A stretch of 64,000 nucleotides of DNA from a virus. How positions within the stretch are numbered: the stretch's first letter is position 1; each line of letters starts with the position of its first letter. The notes beneath the pieces are model-generated. The model was not told the DNA's origin. It saw nothing but the letters and a program-made list of their open reading frames with translations, and made no database searches. The position numbers and the translations under genes were made by a program. The stretch lies in the IMG/VR virus record IMGVR_UViG_3300032315_000608, positions 5,341 through 69,340 of that record; one strand, 5' to 3'. Positions 9,388 through 20,000 of this stretch are shown here, piece after piece.

Positions 9388-10009
9388 AGTATTTGAGGGA
9401 CTGAAGTCCCGAGAGGTCAGCCGTTACGTCAATTACTGGGACAAGATTAAGCCCAAGTCCCGTGAAGACGAATGGCGCTTCTGGATATTCTCGATTCTCG
9501 CGGCCAACTTCGGTTGGAAGCAGAACGTGAAAGCCTTTAACGCAATCAAGAATCGCGACTCGTGGAAGTCCGACCTTGGCAAGCTACAGTTCGAACTGTA
9601 TCAAACCAAGACTGGACTGTGGCGGACCAAGGCCGTGAGCATCTGGAAGTTTGATCAGATGTTCGCCGCCAAGCCCCACATCTTCGAGCGTTATCCCAAT
9701 GAGCCGTTGATGCAATACCGTGACAGGATTGCCGACAACGTCCCAGGATTGGCGATTGCCAAGTCAAGCTTCTATGTGGAGATGAAACATCACGAAGAGT
9801 CAAACGTTGTTTGCCTCGATCGTCGTGTGCTTAAGTCTATCCACAAGAGGGATAGGAACGTGAACAGGACTGACTACCTCGCGCTTGAGAACGAGTGGCA
9901 GACCTGCTCACAGGAGTACGGTATCCCAGCGGCTACTGCCAGATTCATCTGGTGGGACAAGTTGCAGGGGTATAAAAATAGTCGGTACTGGAGTGAGGTA
10001 TTAGAATGA
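9371..10009 (+). CDS. HhH DNA glycosylase-like protein (Ogg2/8-oxoG type)
   Basis: FSILAAN, RDRIADNVPGLAIAKSSF (HhH with Lys), VVCLDRRV (Asp). Confidence 0.65.
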   Translation: MTGVREVFEGLKSREVSRYVNYWDKIKPKSREDEWRFWIFSILAANFGWKQNVKAFNAIKNRDSWKSDLGKLQFELYQTKTGLWRTKAVSIWKFDQMFAAKPHIFERYPNEPLMQYRDRIADNVPGLAIAKSSFYVEMKHHEESNVVCLDRRVLKSIHKRDRNVNRTDYLALENEWQTCSQEYGIPAATARFIWWDKLQGYKNSRYWSEVLE

Positions 10010-10215
10010 ATATGAAAAAAGTAAATGGTGAGATTCTTTGGGGCGCTGGTGACAGCATCCATAAGATCGCATTCAAAGCAGAAGTGGACACAGCCAAGGA
10101 AAAGGTCGACAGCCTTAAACTTGAACTGGACCCGCAGTTCCTTGATGACGTTCTTCAGAACGTGTACAAGGCGGGTGCAGATGAAGCCCTCCGATTGGCC
10201 GCTGTCCAAGGATGA
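10006..10215 (+). CDS. hypothetical protein
   Basis: GAGG RBS; ATGA overlap. Confidence 0.5.
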   Translation: MNMKKVNGEILWGAGDSIHKIAFKAEVDTAKEKVDSLKLELDPQFLDDVLQNVYKAGADEALRLAAVQG

Positions 10216-10377
10216 AGAACAAACGAAGATTAGCATCGAAAGTGTTGGAGAGTATTTACTTGTTCTTCACGCTCGTAGGTATGATGGTGGTATGTTGGTC
10301 CGTCTACTCGATGGCCCTCGGTACTTACGTCAAGACCTGCGAAACGATTCAAAAGAAACTATTGATGCGGTGATGAT

Positions 10378-10569
10378 TTAGAAATGTTCGCCTAGCCACG
10401 TTTCGAAGTCATCTAATTTATTCCCGAGTTCTTCAGGGGTGATGATACTCAAGGAACAAGCACGCGCAAATTGCAAAATATCCGTGACTTGTTCTGGAAG
10501 TATTGCCAACTCTGGGGACTCGGGAATATTTTTTAACACAGTTTCATCCTTCTTCCGATAAGTATACAT
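10378..10569 (-). CDS. hypothetical protein
   Basis: Isolated reverse ORF. Confidence 0.4.
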   Translation of the reverse strand: MYTYRKKDETVLKNIPESPELAILPEQVTDILQFARACSLSIITPEELGNKLDDFETWLGEHF

Positions 10570-10660
10570 ACAGTTTTAATAATTGAAAGCGTGATCAGAT
10601 ACGTCAACCAAATAATATCACGCTTTGTGTTCCTCATTTCCCCAGTTTGTCCCAGCTATA

Positions 10661-10688
10661 TTGACTTGGCAACCCTGCCAGTCAGCAT
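10661..10688 (+). promoter_or_regulatory. sigma70-like promoter, 16-bp spacer
   Basis: TTGACT-N16-CAGCAT, 6 nt before GTG 10695. Confidence 0.5.
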
Positions 10689-10694
10689 TGAATT

Positions 10695-10955
10695 GTGCCC
10701 AAGAAGCTTGCAGAAGCAAAGTTCGGCGAACTATCCGAACAGTTCCTCCGTGTATTACTCGCCGCTGCTGCGGTCGATGGTAAATCGGAAGAGCTGGTTA
10801 TTACCCGTAAGGCTTTCCATGACCTCCACCAGAAATTAAAGGATGGCTACAATCCAGAGATAGATGTTTGGTTTGAGGACAATGAGCTTCACATTGCTTT
10901 AGCCTGGAGCGAAGTTCCGATTATCGGTTTTAGAAAAATCCGTGGCCAAAAATAA
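10695..10955 (+). CDS. hypothetical protein
   Basis: ORF directly after a promoter (leaderless). Confidence 0.6.
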   Translation: MPKKLAEAKFGELSEQFLRVLLAAAAVDGKSEELVITRKAFHDLHQKLKDGYNPEIDVWFEDNELHIALAWSEVPIIGFRKIRGQK

Positions 10956-11048
10956 AAAGAAAAAGGTTAAGAGCTTAATCGATCACTCGCATCGACCACG
11001 TCAGGGCTTGCTTGATAAGGTCGCCAAGCTGGCGTTATACCACAAGAA

Positions 11049-12383
11049 CTAGCGGCTTATCTCTTCCCAATCAATGGAAGCGAATAAATCAGAATTGTTA
11101 TTGTTCGCCGCGCAAACAACTGAAAACTCAAAGGCTGTTCCCAAGATACCATTTCGTTCTAACTGATTGGCGAAGAGGGCTTCTTTTAGAATATCGATAC
11201 CTCCACCAGTTTGCTGAGTAGTGCTGAAATAACCAGACGCCATAGTTCTTCCCGCTGTCGTGAGTGTTGTTGCTGTAAGGTTGTATTCTACCGCGCTGTC
11301 GGCGCCAGCGCTTACCCATGTTCCCCCTGAAGATATACTTGCATTCCTAACCTGCCAGTTAAAAGTGTCTCCTGTAGTTTTTCCAAGCAAAGAGAGGGCT
11401 GTTATGATAACTACGGCATCCGTTCGGTCTACAGGAGGAGTGCTAGCGGAAGACTTTAATCTGAGTGTGACGACTGGATAAAAGGTTCCAGCTGTGGTTA
11501 GTCTAAAGGGGCTTGTGACCGCAGTCCCGACAGCTTGTTGGGCTCCTCTCAATTCATATCCGCCTTCGGATAAAACCGTAGAGCAAACTTGTTTGAGGTT
11601 GCTGGAGCTAGAAGTAACCCCTACGTTTTTAATTTCGTACCGAAGTGGGAGACTTGCCGTTGTTATATAAGTTGACGTAATTAAATTGGCATGATGAAAC
11701 GAATGACAAAGAATAAACTGACCGTTAATTATAAATCCTAGACGAACAGTTCCAAGACCTAACCATTCGATGTCCATCCAGAAAATCTGGGCTTTTGTAA
11801 TATCAAGAGTTATACCAGAAGGGCCAGTCCCATCGAGCTTGTCCCCATTCCAATCAGCTTGAGCTACTGGGGTTTCTGTAACGATTCCAGTTACCAAAGA
11901 CCGTTCAACTAGACTCAACGCGTTACCATAAAGTTCAACATATAAACCGTTATCATCGCCATAATAGCCAACCCTCTGGCGAAGATTTGTTTTAGTTGGA
12001 CTCATAACAAATGTATTCATGACCAATAAAGATTTTCCAGGTTGGTAAGAAAATACTTTTGTTGTCTCTCGAATTATCTCGTCATTATTTGCTGTGCCAA
12101 TTGTTAAATCCATGAGACCCTGGCTCGCGTTGAAAGTAGCTGAAGCGGTGCCAGAAGTATAAGTCGACCAAAGCCCATTGTCCCGATAGCGATGGCTAGA
12201 ATCAAAGAGGGTGAAAGGTTCAGAGACCCTTAAACGACCAAAGGAATCGGTAGGGAAAGACCCGATAATACCGCCAGTCCCACCAGTTGAAAGGTTGTCT
12301 AGGCTACTGGAGATTTTTTGAAGACTGCGTACTTCCGTATCAGTCTTGAGCGGAGTATTATTCTCCGGAAAATAGTCAGGCAT
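11049..12383 (-). CDS. conserved beta-rich phage protein, probably structural
   Basis: DSFGRLRVSEPFTLFDS, YQPGKS, QADWNGDKLDGTGPSG, DIEWLGLG motifs recalled from aquatic phages. Confidence 0.7.
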   Translation of the reverse strand: MPDYFPENNTPLKTDTEVRSLQKISSSLDNLSTGGTGGIIGSFPTDSFGRLRVSEPFTLFDSSHRYRDNGLWSTYTSGTASATFNASQGLMDLTIGTANNDEIIRETTKVFSYQPGKSLLVMNTFVMSPTKTNLRQRVGYYGDDNGLYVELYGNALSLVERSLVTGIVTETPVAQADWNGDKLDGTGPSGITLDITKAQIFWMDIEWLGLGTVRLGFIINGQFILCHSFHHANLITSTYITTASLPLRYEIKNVGVTSSSSNLKQVCSTVLSEGGYELRGAQQAVGTAVTSPFRLTTAGTFYPVVTLRLKSSASTPPVDRTDAVVIITALSLLGKTTGDTFNWQVRNASISSGGTWVSAGADSAVEYNLTATTLTTAGRTMASGYFSTTQQTGGGIDILKEALFANQLERNGILGTAFEFSVVCAANNNNSDLFASIDWEEISR

Positions 12384-12400
12384 AAACTATGCCTGGGGTA

Positions 12401-12541
12401 TCAATACTTACCCAATCCCCGACCTTTATTGGAAGGCTGGGGCATAACGTAAGGCTTTTTCTTTTCAATCTTAAGGGAAGGCGACTTGTTGGTCGGCATC
12501 TTTGCGTTCTTTTGATTCAGGTTAATAGATAAATTTTTCAT
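12401..12541 (-). CDS. 46-aa basic protein ending GRGLGKY
   Basis: Manual translation MKNLSINLNQK...PSNKGRGLGKY*; fills the gap between genes. Confidence 0.6.
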   Translation of the reverse strand: MKNLSINLNQKNAKMPTNKSPSLKIEKKKPYVMPQPSNKGRGLGKY

Positions 12542-12545
12542 ATTA

Positions 12546-12929
12546 TCATTTATTCAAACCAGTTTTTTCCAAGGTATCTTGTACCTTCATTCGTCGGGCT
12601 CGAACCATCTGGTCATACTCATCCACCCTACGCATTGCTTCTCGTTCTTGAATCTTTTTATCAATAGCAGCTCGCTTGGCCTCTAGATCTTTAATAACTT
12701 CCGGTGTCATAATTACGCCCGGCTCCTCCTTCATGGAAGGGTTCTCGCTGTATTTAGAATTTTGATAATCCCGCCGTGCGCCACTAACGAGCTGACTATT
12801 TTTTGCGGAGGGCGGCACGTTTTCTTTTGTATAAGCATTCTTTACTTCATCTCTCAATTGTTCTAGGAGAGTAAGCGGTGGGGTTGAAGCCGCGTATTTT
12901 AAAGTTGGGATTATGTCCTTGTAGTCCAT
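12546..12929 (-). CDS. hypothetical protein ending KTGLNK
   Basis: ORF in a tightly packed operon. Confidence 0.65.
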   Translation of the reverse strand: MDYKDIIPTLKYAASTPPLTLLEQLRDEVKNAYTKENVPPSAKNSQLVSGARRDYQNSKYSENPSMKEEPGVIMTPEVIKDLEAKRAAIDKKIQEREAMRRVDEYDQMVRARRMKVQDTLEKTGLNK

Positions 12930-12930
12930 A

Positions 12931-13086
12931 TTATTTATTTTTCGATTTGCCGGCCGCCGTTAATGCAATGGCGATGATCTGTGCCCTCGGACGAACCTTG
13001 CCGCCAGCACCTCGGGCTTTACCTTTTTTCTTGTTATCAGCGTAAAGTTCGCTGATGTTTGCAGATACGTTTTTTCCTAGAGGCAT
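12931..13086 (-). CDS. 51-aa basic protein (MPLGK..., QIIAIAL motif, DUF6496-like)
   Basis: Manual translation MPLGKNVSANISELYADNKKKGK...RAQIIAIALTAAGKSKNK*. Confidence 0.7.
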   Translation of the reverse strand: MPLGKNVSANISELYADNKKKGKARGAGGKVRPRAQIIAIALTAAGKSKNK

Positions 13087-13117
13087 GGGACTATGTTATA
13101 GGGTATAGGGTTGGGGG

Positions 13118-13321
13118 TCAAGAGCCCTTTTCAAGTTCATCCTCAACGCCATCCGAATCCTTGTCCTTAAAGCTTTGTGGATCGCGGGAGAATATCTTGT
13201 TTGCTAGCAGGTACTTTTCTTCGGCCGACATCTCTGTCCACGATTCGGTCCTACCCCTTGGCCTCCAAAGGATTAGGGTTATTACGATCCCAACAAAAAA
13301 TATGATGGGCCAGAAGATCAT
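13118..13321 (-). CDS. small membrane protein
   Basis: N-terminal TM helix; ATGA coupling. Confidence 0.55.
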   Translation of the reverse strand: MIFWPIIFFVGIVITLILWRPRGRTESWTEMSAEEKYLLANKIFSRDPQSFKDKDSDGVEDELEKGS

Positions 13322-13548
13322 TTGCCTAGCCCTGTTTTTTTCTTCCAGCTTATGGGTTTTGAACTCGTTTTTTTCCTAGCTGCCGAGTTGCACATTGACC
13401 TAGTGGGGCGACAAGCTGGATAACTTCCACCGCTATCAGCCGACTTTCGGCCACAAGGACCACCAGTCTTACAGTTGATCCAACCCTTACCTTTGTTGCG
13501 AGAGAACCAACCGTGTAGCCCTTTCTTCTTTTCGAGTTCGAAGCCCAC
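13318..13548 (-). CDS. small basic Cys protein (DUF5872-like) ending KTGLGK
   Basis: GLHGWF...W...KTGGPCGR...YPACRP; GTG overlaps the upstream TAG. Confidence 0.7.
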   Translation of the reverse strand: MGFELEKKKGLHGWFSRNKGKGWINCKTGGPCGRKSADSGGSYPACRPTRSMCNSAARKKTSSKPISWKKKTGLGK

Positions 13549-13697
13549 TATTTCTTCCCCTTGTTCCCCCAATTAGCTGCCCCTACTTTACGGCACTTTA
13601 CCAAAGCTCCGCTGGCGTAGGCCGAAGGCCAAACGGCATAACGAGCTTTTACCTTGCGGGTACAGGCATCATTAGCTTTCTTTTTTCCGAGGGGCAT
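13548..13697 (-). CDS. 49-aa basic protein (MPLGK...DAC..KVK.RY.VWPSAYASGALVKCRK)
   Basis: Manual translation; motif recalled from cyanophage and freshwater phage small proteins. Confidence 0.75.
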   Translation of the reverse strand: MPLGKKKANDACTRKVKARYAVWPSAYASGALVKCRKVGAANWGNKGKK

Positions 13698-13698
13698 C

Positions 13699-13992
13699 TT
13701 AGTATTTTCCCTTCCGATTAGATGGACTAGACTGAGTAGATCCTCCTGGTCCAGCCCATAGATTTTTGCAAGCCCAGTACTTGGCGCTTAATTTAGTTCC
13801 AGGGTTATCGCAGTTATGGCGGGCCCGGAAGGATTTGCGCGCGGCGGCCGAGTAGTTGTGGCCGTATCCTTTGGCCCCAAAGTGTACAAGTCTTTCTTTC
13901 CCGCCCTCGCAAGCTTTGACCATGCGCTTCTTGCCTGGCCGTGTGCTTGGCCGAGGCTGATTGCAGGGCATGCTGGCTTTTCCTAGTGGCAT
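13699..13992 (-). CDS. small basic protein (MPLGK..., VHFG, RKSFRARHNCD)
   Basis: KSFRARHNC...KLSAKYWAC..LW motif common in aquatic phages. Confidence 0.75.
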   Translation of the reverse strand: MPLGKASMPCNQPRPSTRPGKKRMVKACEGGKERLVHFGAKGYGHNYSAAARKSFRARHNCDNPGTKLSAKYWACKNLWAGPGGSTQSSPSNRKGKY

Positions 13993-14005
13993 ACTAAAAC
14001 TCTAC

Positions 14006-17000
14006 TTACTGTCTTTCGGGATACAAGATACCCTCTTGATTTTTCTCAAGAAGAACTTGGTATAGGATTGCTTTTTTAATTGGATTTACAATTGCTCGCG
14101 TCGCCTCTCTAAACTGTCCTGGACTCATCGCCTCCAGCTGGGGAATGACTTGGGATAGCTGTTCCTGAATAACAGGACCAGCTCTCATCATCCATTCGTA
14201 CTTCTCGTCCGTTGAGAGTTCCCGTTTGAGGTTGTAGAAATCGTCCTGTGTTAGCTGCTCGCCTTTGGCTTGAGCGTCCTGAATCATCTCAGCCATAGCA
14301 AAATCTTTAAGGGGGCCGGCATCCCAATCCAATGAGGAACGCTTAGATGCAAACATGGAAATAAGCTTATCGTGAATTGCCTGTGGGGTTCTATCCCCAT
14401 TGTCATAAGCTTTAGAATCAACGCCTGTAGTTGTGAGTCGACGTAAGAAGGGAATAGTATTCGCTACCTGTGTCTTTGTGTTTCCGCCAAGGAAATCAAG
14501 GTCAGGTCTACCAACCTTTGAAGCGAAAGGAACGGACTGAGCAAACGTAGATAGAAAATTTTCTTGATACGGGCGCGCGGATGGCGAACCATATATACCA
14601 TTAAACACTTGTTCAAAATCCCGAAGAGTTGCATAACCCGGTATCAGACCTCCCGCAACATTACCCATGGTTTTACTTAGGTTGGTCATGATTCCTTTTG
14701 CGTCTCGCTGGCCAACGCCGGGAGAAGTGAGAGACATAATCTGACGTATGCCAGATAGAGCCGCCATATCTAGAACACCATACATAGCGAGAAGCGCACC
14801 GGTCGCCCCACCAAGTAGGATAGACTCTGCCACGGATCGTTTCTCGTATCGAATAGATTCCGTAATAGCCCCAGCTAGAAGCAGAGGTCCGGACAACCCA
14901 ACGGGGAAACCCTCAAAACTAAAGAAGCTTGGTTTACCTTCACTGAACCTCCCTAGCTGGATGGAGCGAAGTTTGCCTCCGGCGGCAAAGAAAGCTTCGC
15001 GTTGAGCCGGATCCGTTGGTCCCTTGAAGTGAATATTAAAATATGGGTCATCCTCTCCACTCATAGCGTCCTTAAGGAGGAATAAAAGCCCAATGGTAAT
15101 CGCATATCCAGCATTCATTTTTCCAAGCATAAGATCATGCTCAACTGTTCCGGGAACAGGTGGAGGACGATAATATTTAGTGTCCTTCAACATGGCCGCG
15201 GAACCACGATATAACCTGATGGTGGATATTGCGGGGAGAAAATTTAAAACTTCGTTTGCCAAGCTTGATCCAGTTTTTAAGAACTTAATAAACAGCCTTA
15301 ATGGCCACGCCTTGGCAGAGATACTTGTCAGGCCATCGGCCAGCAACCCAAACCAGCCTTCAAAATTGTTTGTATATGTTGATTGCGCTGCGAATGTTTT
15401 TGCTTTTTCCGTCAAATTTTTAACGCTCTCTTCGTCTGGTCTACCCTGCTCGAGAATTTCTTCTACCCGTAACGATTGCTGTTCGGGCGTTAAATTAAAT
15501 TCCTTAGCCTCCGAGGCGGCTTTGGCCTCCGCACGCTTTCTGGCTTCAGGACTTTGATTTAAAAGGCGGGCAACTTCTGTTTCAATCTCATCGTTTGTCT
15601 GGAGACCTTGTGCAATCGCAATGTTAGTTGCCTCTGCAATCTCATACATTTTACGTGAAGAGATTTTATTGATCGCGTCACCAGCTGCCATGGCTCGACC
15701 GAAGAAAATGAAAGGGGCAAGAGCTCCATACTTACTGCTAAGATATTTAGAGTCTAGCGGAATTCGGTATTCTTGTCCGAACACATTTACGGGAAGCTCA
15801 GGCTGAACAGCTCCTGGTTTACCCGCTCGGTAATCTTCCCCTTGTTTTACAATTGCTTCCCAGATATTAACTCCACCCAATTCCTGGGTCAAAGCATCTT
15901 GAATATTTGAATAATCTCCATTAAAGAATACGTTAGCTGCGGCATTCAACGCCGGCTTCTCGCCAGCAAAGATAGCTGAGTTGAGCGCAATCGCCGCATC
16001 CCTATAAGCTTTGGCTCTTGCCTTGTCTCCGCGAACCCCCTTCATCGCGCCAACTGCCGCAAGAATTGCGGCGTTGAGCTGATTGCTCATCGACGAAGAC
16101 CAAGCATTGATACCGATCGTTCCAACTCCTGCCAGCAAGTTGGAAGTTTGATAATTCACGAGCAACTCTCCCCATAGCTGGGGCGAAACCAACTTTACAT
16201 ACTGATACATCTCAGAAATCTTTTTATTCCGAATCATGCCGACCGGATAGAGAGGGAGGTCTTCAATCAACTTGTTGAGCTTCTTGCGTTCTTCCTCTTT
16301 AAGCTCGGGCAATCCAAGCTGAGAATGCATTTGAGCGAATACTTCACTATCGTTCAAAACTCCAAGGTTGGTGGCCTCAATCAAACGGTCTAAAGCTGAA
16401 CGCATCTTCCTAGTCTTACGTTCTTTTTTTGCGTCAAATCTTTTCTTAATTCTTTCTAGTTCTAGCTTACGTTCTTTAGCAATAAGATCCGTCAATCCTT
16501 CCCGCAGGAAATCGGTCACTTCTTTCTTTTGAGCTTCGTCGAGCGTTGTGTTCTGAGTCAGCAATGCACCTAGCTTGTTTTCAAAATCCATGATATCGCC
16601 CTTGCTCGAACGGATGAGACCGCGAATATTAGTTTGAGGCCCACCGATTGATTCGAGAGAACGAACTGCCTGCTTCAGGCTCGACACAGTAAAGGGACGG
16701 CCAAAGGCTTCATCGATGAAAGGCTCAAGTCCAGCGAGTTCTTCTTCGCTATAAACTTCTTTCAAGGAGTCACGCACATTGTCAATAAACTCCATGACAT
16801 CTGGATACTTCTCAATTCTATCACGAAGAACTTCGGCCTCAGTCGGCTTCGGCTCTGGTGTGTAGGTAGGCTGAAGTCCGCCCTGCTCTTTTGTTCTCTG
16901 TGCGATGAGTCTGCGAATACGTGCAGCAAACTCTTCGAGCTGATCTTTCTTCTTTGGCTCTTGCTGTAGACGGGCTGCCTGCTTTTGTAAAGCTTCCGCT

Positions 17001-20000
17001 GATGCTTCCGCCAAAGCTTCAAGTCTCGAAGTGGCTTCGGTAGGAATTGCAACGGGAGCTTGGTCTTTGGCTTTAGCCTTGGCATCAATCACGCGACGAA
17101 TTGCTTCTCCGCGTGTGGCGGGGGGCTGGATGCCCTCGCGGGCGCGAGCTTCGCCAAGAGCTTGAGCTGAGAAAATTTCAAGAGCATTAGTCAAAGCGGC
17201 ATCAAAATAAAGATCGAGTTTGCGTCGAACATTCTCCTGATTCTTTGCGTCCCGCAGAGCTGGGGTAAGCATCAGCAAGCTTTTGATCTGATCCTCGGAA
17301 GCGGCCGTCACGCCAGGGTTTTCAGAACGCTGAATGATCTCAAGTATCATTCGGCTCAGTGCGGTAGTTTGTTCTGGATTGAGACGAATGCCATCGGCAT
17401 CACTTCCCTCAACCTCGGGGGCAGCGGCTAGATCTGCCCCAAGGAATTCCGCTCCATCTGCCAGCGCTTGCTCGCTTCCAACGTATTCTGCTACTGCCGC
17501 TTCGAGTTCGGCAACAGTTGCTTGCTTCTTATTAAGCTCTACAAGTTTTGCAATCTTTTCAATCGTCGACTTTGTCTTCTTATCTGTCGTTAGTTTGTCG
17601 ACAGCTCTACGAGTGGAGTCAACAAGACCAGAGGATATCTCGCTTTCTTCTTCTGCAAAGCCTGTCAGCCTTCCTCGAATCGACGAATCAATTTGTCGGT
17701 TAATGTACATCTTCATGGCTTCTGGATTGTTGGAGAGTTCCCCTAGTGCATTCCAAAGATCAACGGTTCGTCCAGGTTCGGTGCCGTACTTCCTGCTCAA
17801 TAGGAGCATTACCTCGGCCAACTGTTCCCTGGCGTACAGGTCTGTCTTAGCTTTCGCACCAAGAGCATTGGCCAACTCAAATCCAATTGCACCCTGCAAC
17901 GGCAAGGAGCTTTTGATGTTACCGCTCAAGAAAGCGTTGAGAGAATTCTGCAATCCGTTTGTAGCGATATAAGATTTAGCGTCAGCAAATTGTTGTTCGC
18001 GTGGTACAGATTGGTAGTACCAAGCGTCCAGAAGTTTATCTTTCACCTTGCCTTCGGGAAGAACGTCAACGAACTGCGTGACAATATTTTTTACGGCTCG
18101 GCTTTCACGAATCTCAGGGGCTGGTGATACGCGAATAACTTCGGTTGATGGTACTGGGATTGAAACTGGTCCTCCATCTAATGAGACTGAGTTAATGATT
18201 GGTTTCTCAGGTATAATTTCTATGGCTGGAGCCGGAGAGATAACCTTGGCGAACTTATTATATCCAGCATCGCGGAGAGCAGCGATCAGAGGTCCGGGGC
18301 TGGTATAACGTTGTCCGTTATAGTTAACCACTTCCTGTCGTTCGAATAGTCGGATGACGGCATTAGCCGTGGCTTTTGCTTCTGAGGAAGCTGTGGTCGG
18401 AACGGCTATGTTGCCCGGAATCTTGACGCGATATTGTTGATATGCTGGTTGAGGTTCGAAACTTTGTTCGTTGCTGGTCACTTCAGCGGGTGCAGAAGTT
18501 GCCACAAAAGCTGCGACTGGCAATGACCTTCCAGCCTCTTCCATATTCTCGGCTATCTCAAGGGCTTTATTGGCAATCGCTGGAAGACTTGCCCGACCTC
18601 CGTCCATAACGGCTTGCGTTGCGGAACGGAAAAGATCGCGCTCATCAGCCGTAATAATCCCACGGCGTCGGCTAATATCGAGGGCGTCCAGCCACTCCTC
18701 TACGCCAACAGTCTTGAATAAATCATCGGCAACTGTAACTCCAAGTACGCCTTCGGTTCTTCCCTCAAGATGATTCTCAATCATGCGGTAGATTCGAAGA
18801 TCGTATGAGTCAAATACGGTCGCGGCACGGGGTGCAGTTGGTGAAGTTCCCGGAGCAGGGATGGGTCTGGCCGGAGCTTCTCCAGCTTGTACAAATTCTT
18901 TTGATGTTTTGCGAAGTGTGGAGATTGCGTCCTCGATGCTTTGACGCATTACCAAACGATCTTTTGCGTTCGGAGCCAATCCCAATCCACGCTTGACCAC
19001 TGTAGCCATGCTGTCAAACCACACACCGAGTCTAGCGAGAACAGATCTATTCTCCGATTTAATAATATCCTTGAGACGTTGAGTCGCCCGAGCAATGTCG
19101 TTTGCATTTACGGAGTTGACCTGCTCAGTAATTCCGCCCGTTAATTTTAACTGGGATAGCTGACGAATTCCTTCCATAGCAACGAAGAAAGGATCGTTCG
19201 CAAGAGCTTTAATCTTTGCTTGCGTGTCTGGGTTTGTTATGTCGGACCCTAATGTTGCGTAATACAATCTTCCAATAGCTAGTCTGGAGGCTTGAGATAA
19301 TGAATCACCAATCGCAGTGAGTTCTTCGATAGGATCAAGGCCAAGCTCGCGGTAATACCGAAGCGTCTCCATGTGGATCGTTTCTTCGATCAATGCCTGG
19401 GTTATGTAAGACTTATAAGCATCGGGAGCAAGTGCGTTCCTTCCTTTTTCCAGGAGCGCGGGGTTGATTACAATGACGTCGGAATCATTATCTGACCCCA
19501 CCACAACAGCTATTGGATGATTGAAATTCGGATCAAGTTTTACGTTGTAATTATGGGCTTGGCCCTTGGCGTCGCGGAACGTAATTACATTATTGTTGTA
19601 GTCTTTCCCAAGAGCCAACTTTAAAATCTCGTCTGTAGTTGCGATTTGTTCGGGAGTAGGCTCGGCTTCAGAGCGAACAGTAGCTACACGTTCTTGTGGA
19701 CCAGCCGGAAATTCAGTACCTGTAGTTATAGACTCCTCATTTACGGCTCCCGATAAAACTAATTGTTTTAAGAGCCAATCCGCGTAACCAGAACCAATGT
19801 TCATTTTCTTTTGTATAAATGATTTACTAACTGTCTGTTGACCTTTTAGTAATTCCAAAGCTTGTTTAAATCTCGCTTTATCTGTTTCTCCTCTTACTCC
19901 TTGCCCCAAATTATTTATAAACTCTTCTAAGTTTTTAGTAACTCCGCTTGGTTTAACTATAGTTTCTTCAGCCTTCAGCCCTTCAAACCCAGCACCTGTG

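Noticed and set aside
17334-17972. Long + strand ORFs opposite the giant gene
   Set aside because: Ser/Ala-rich antisense shadows of a Glu/Ala-rich sense frame.
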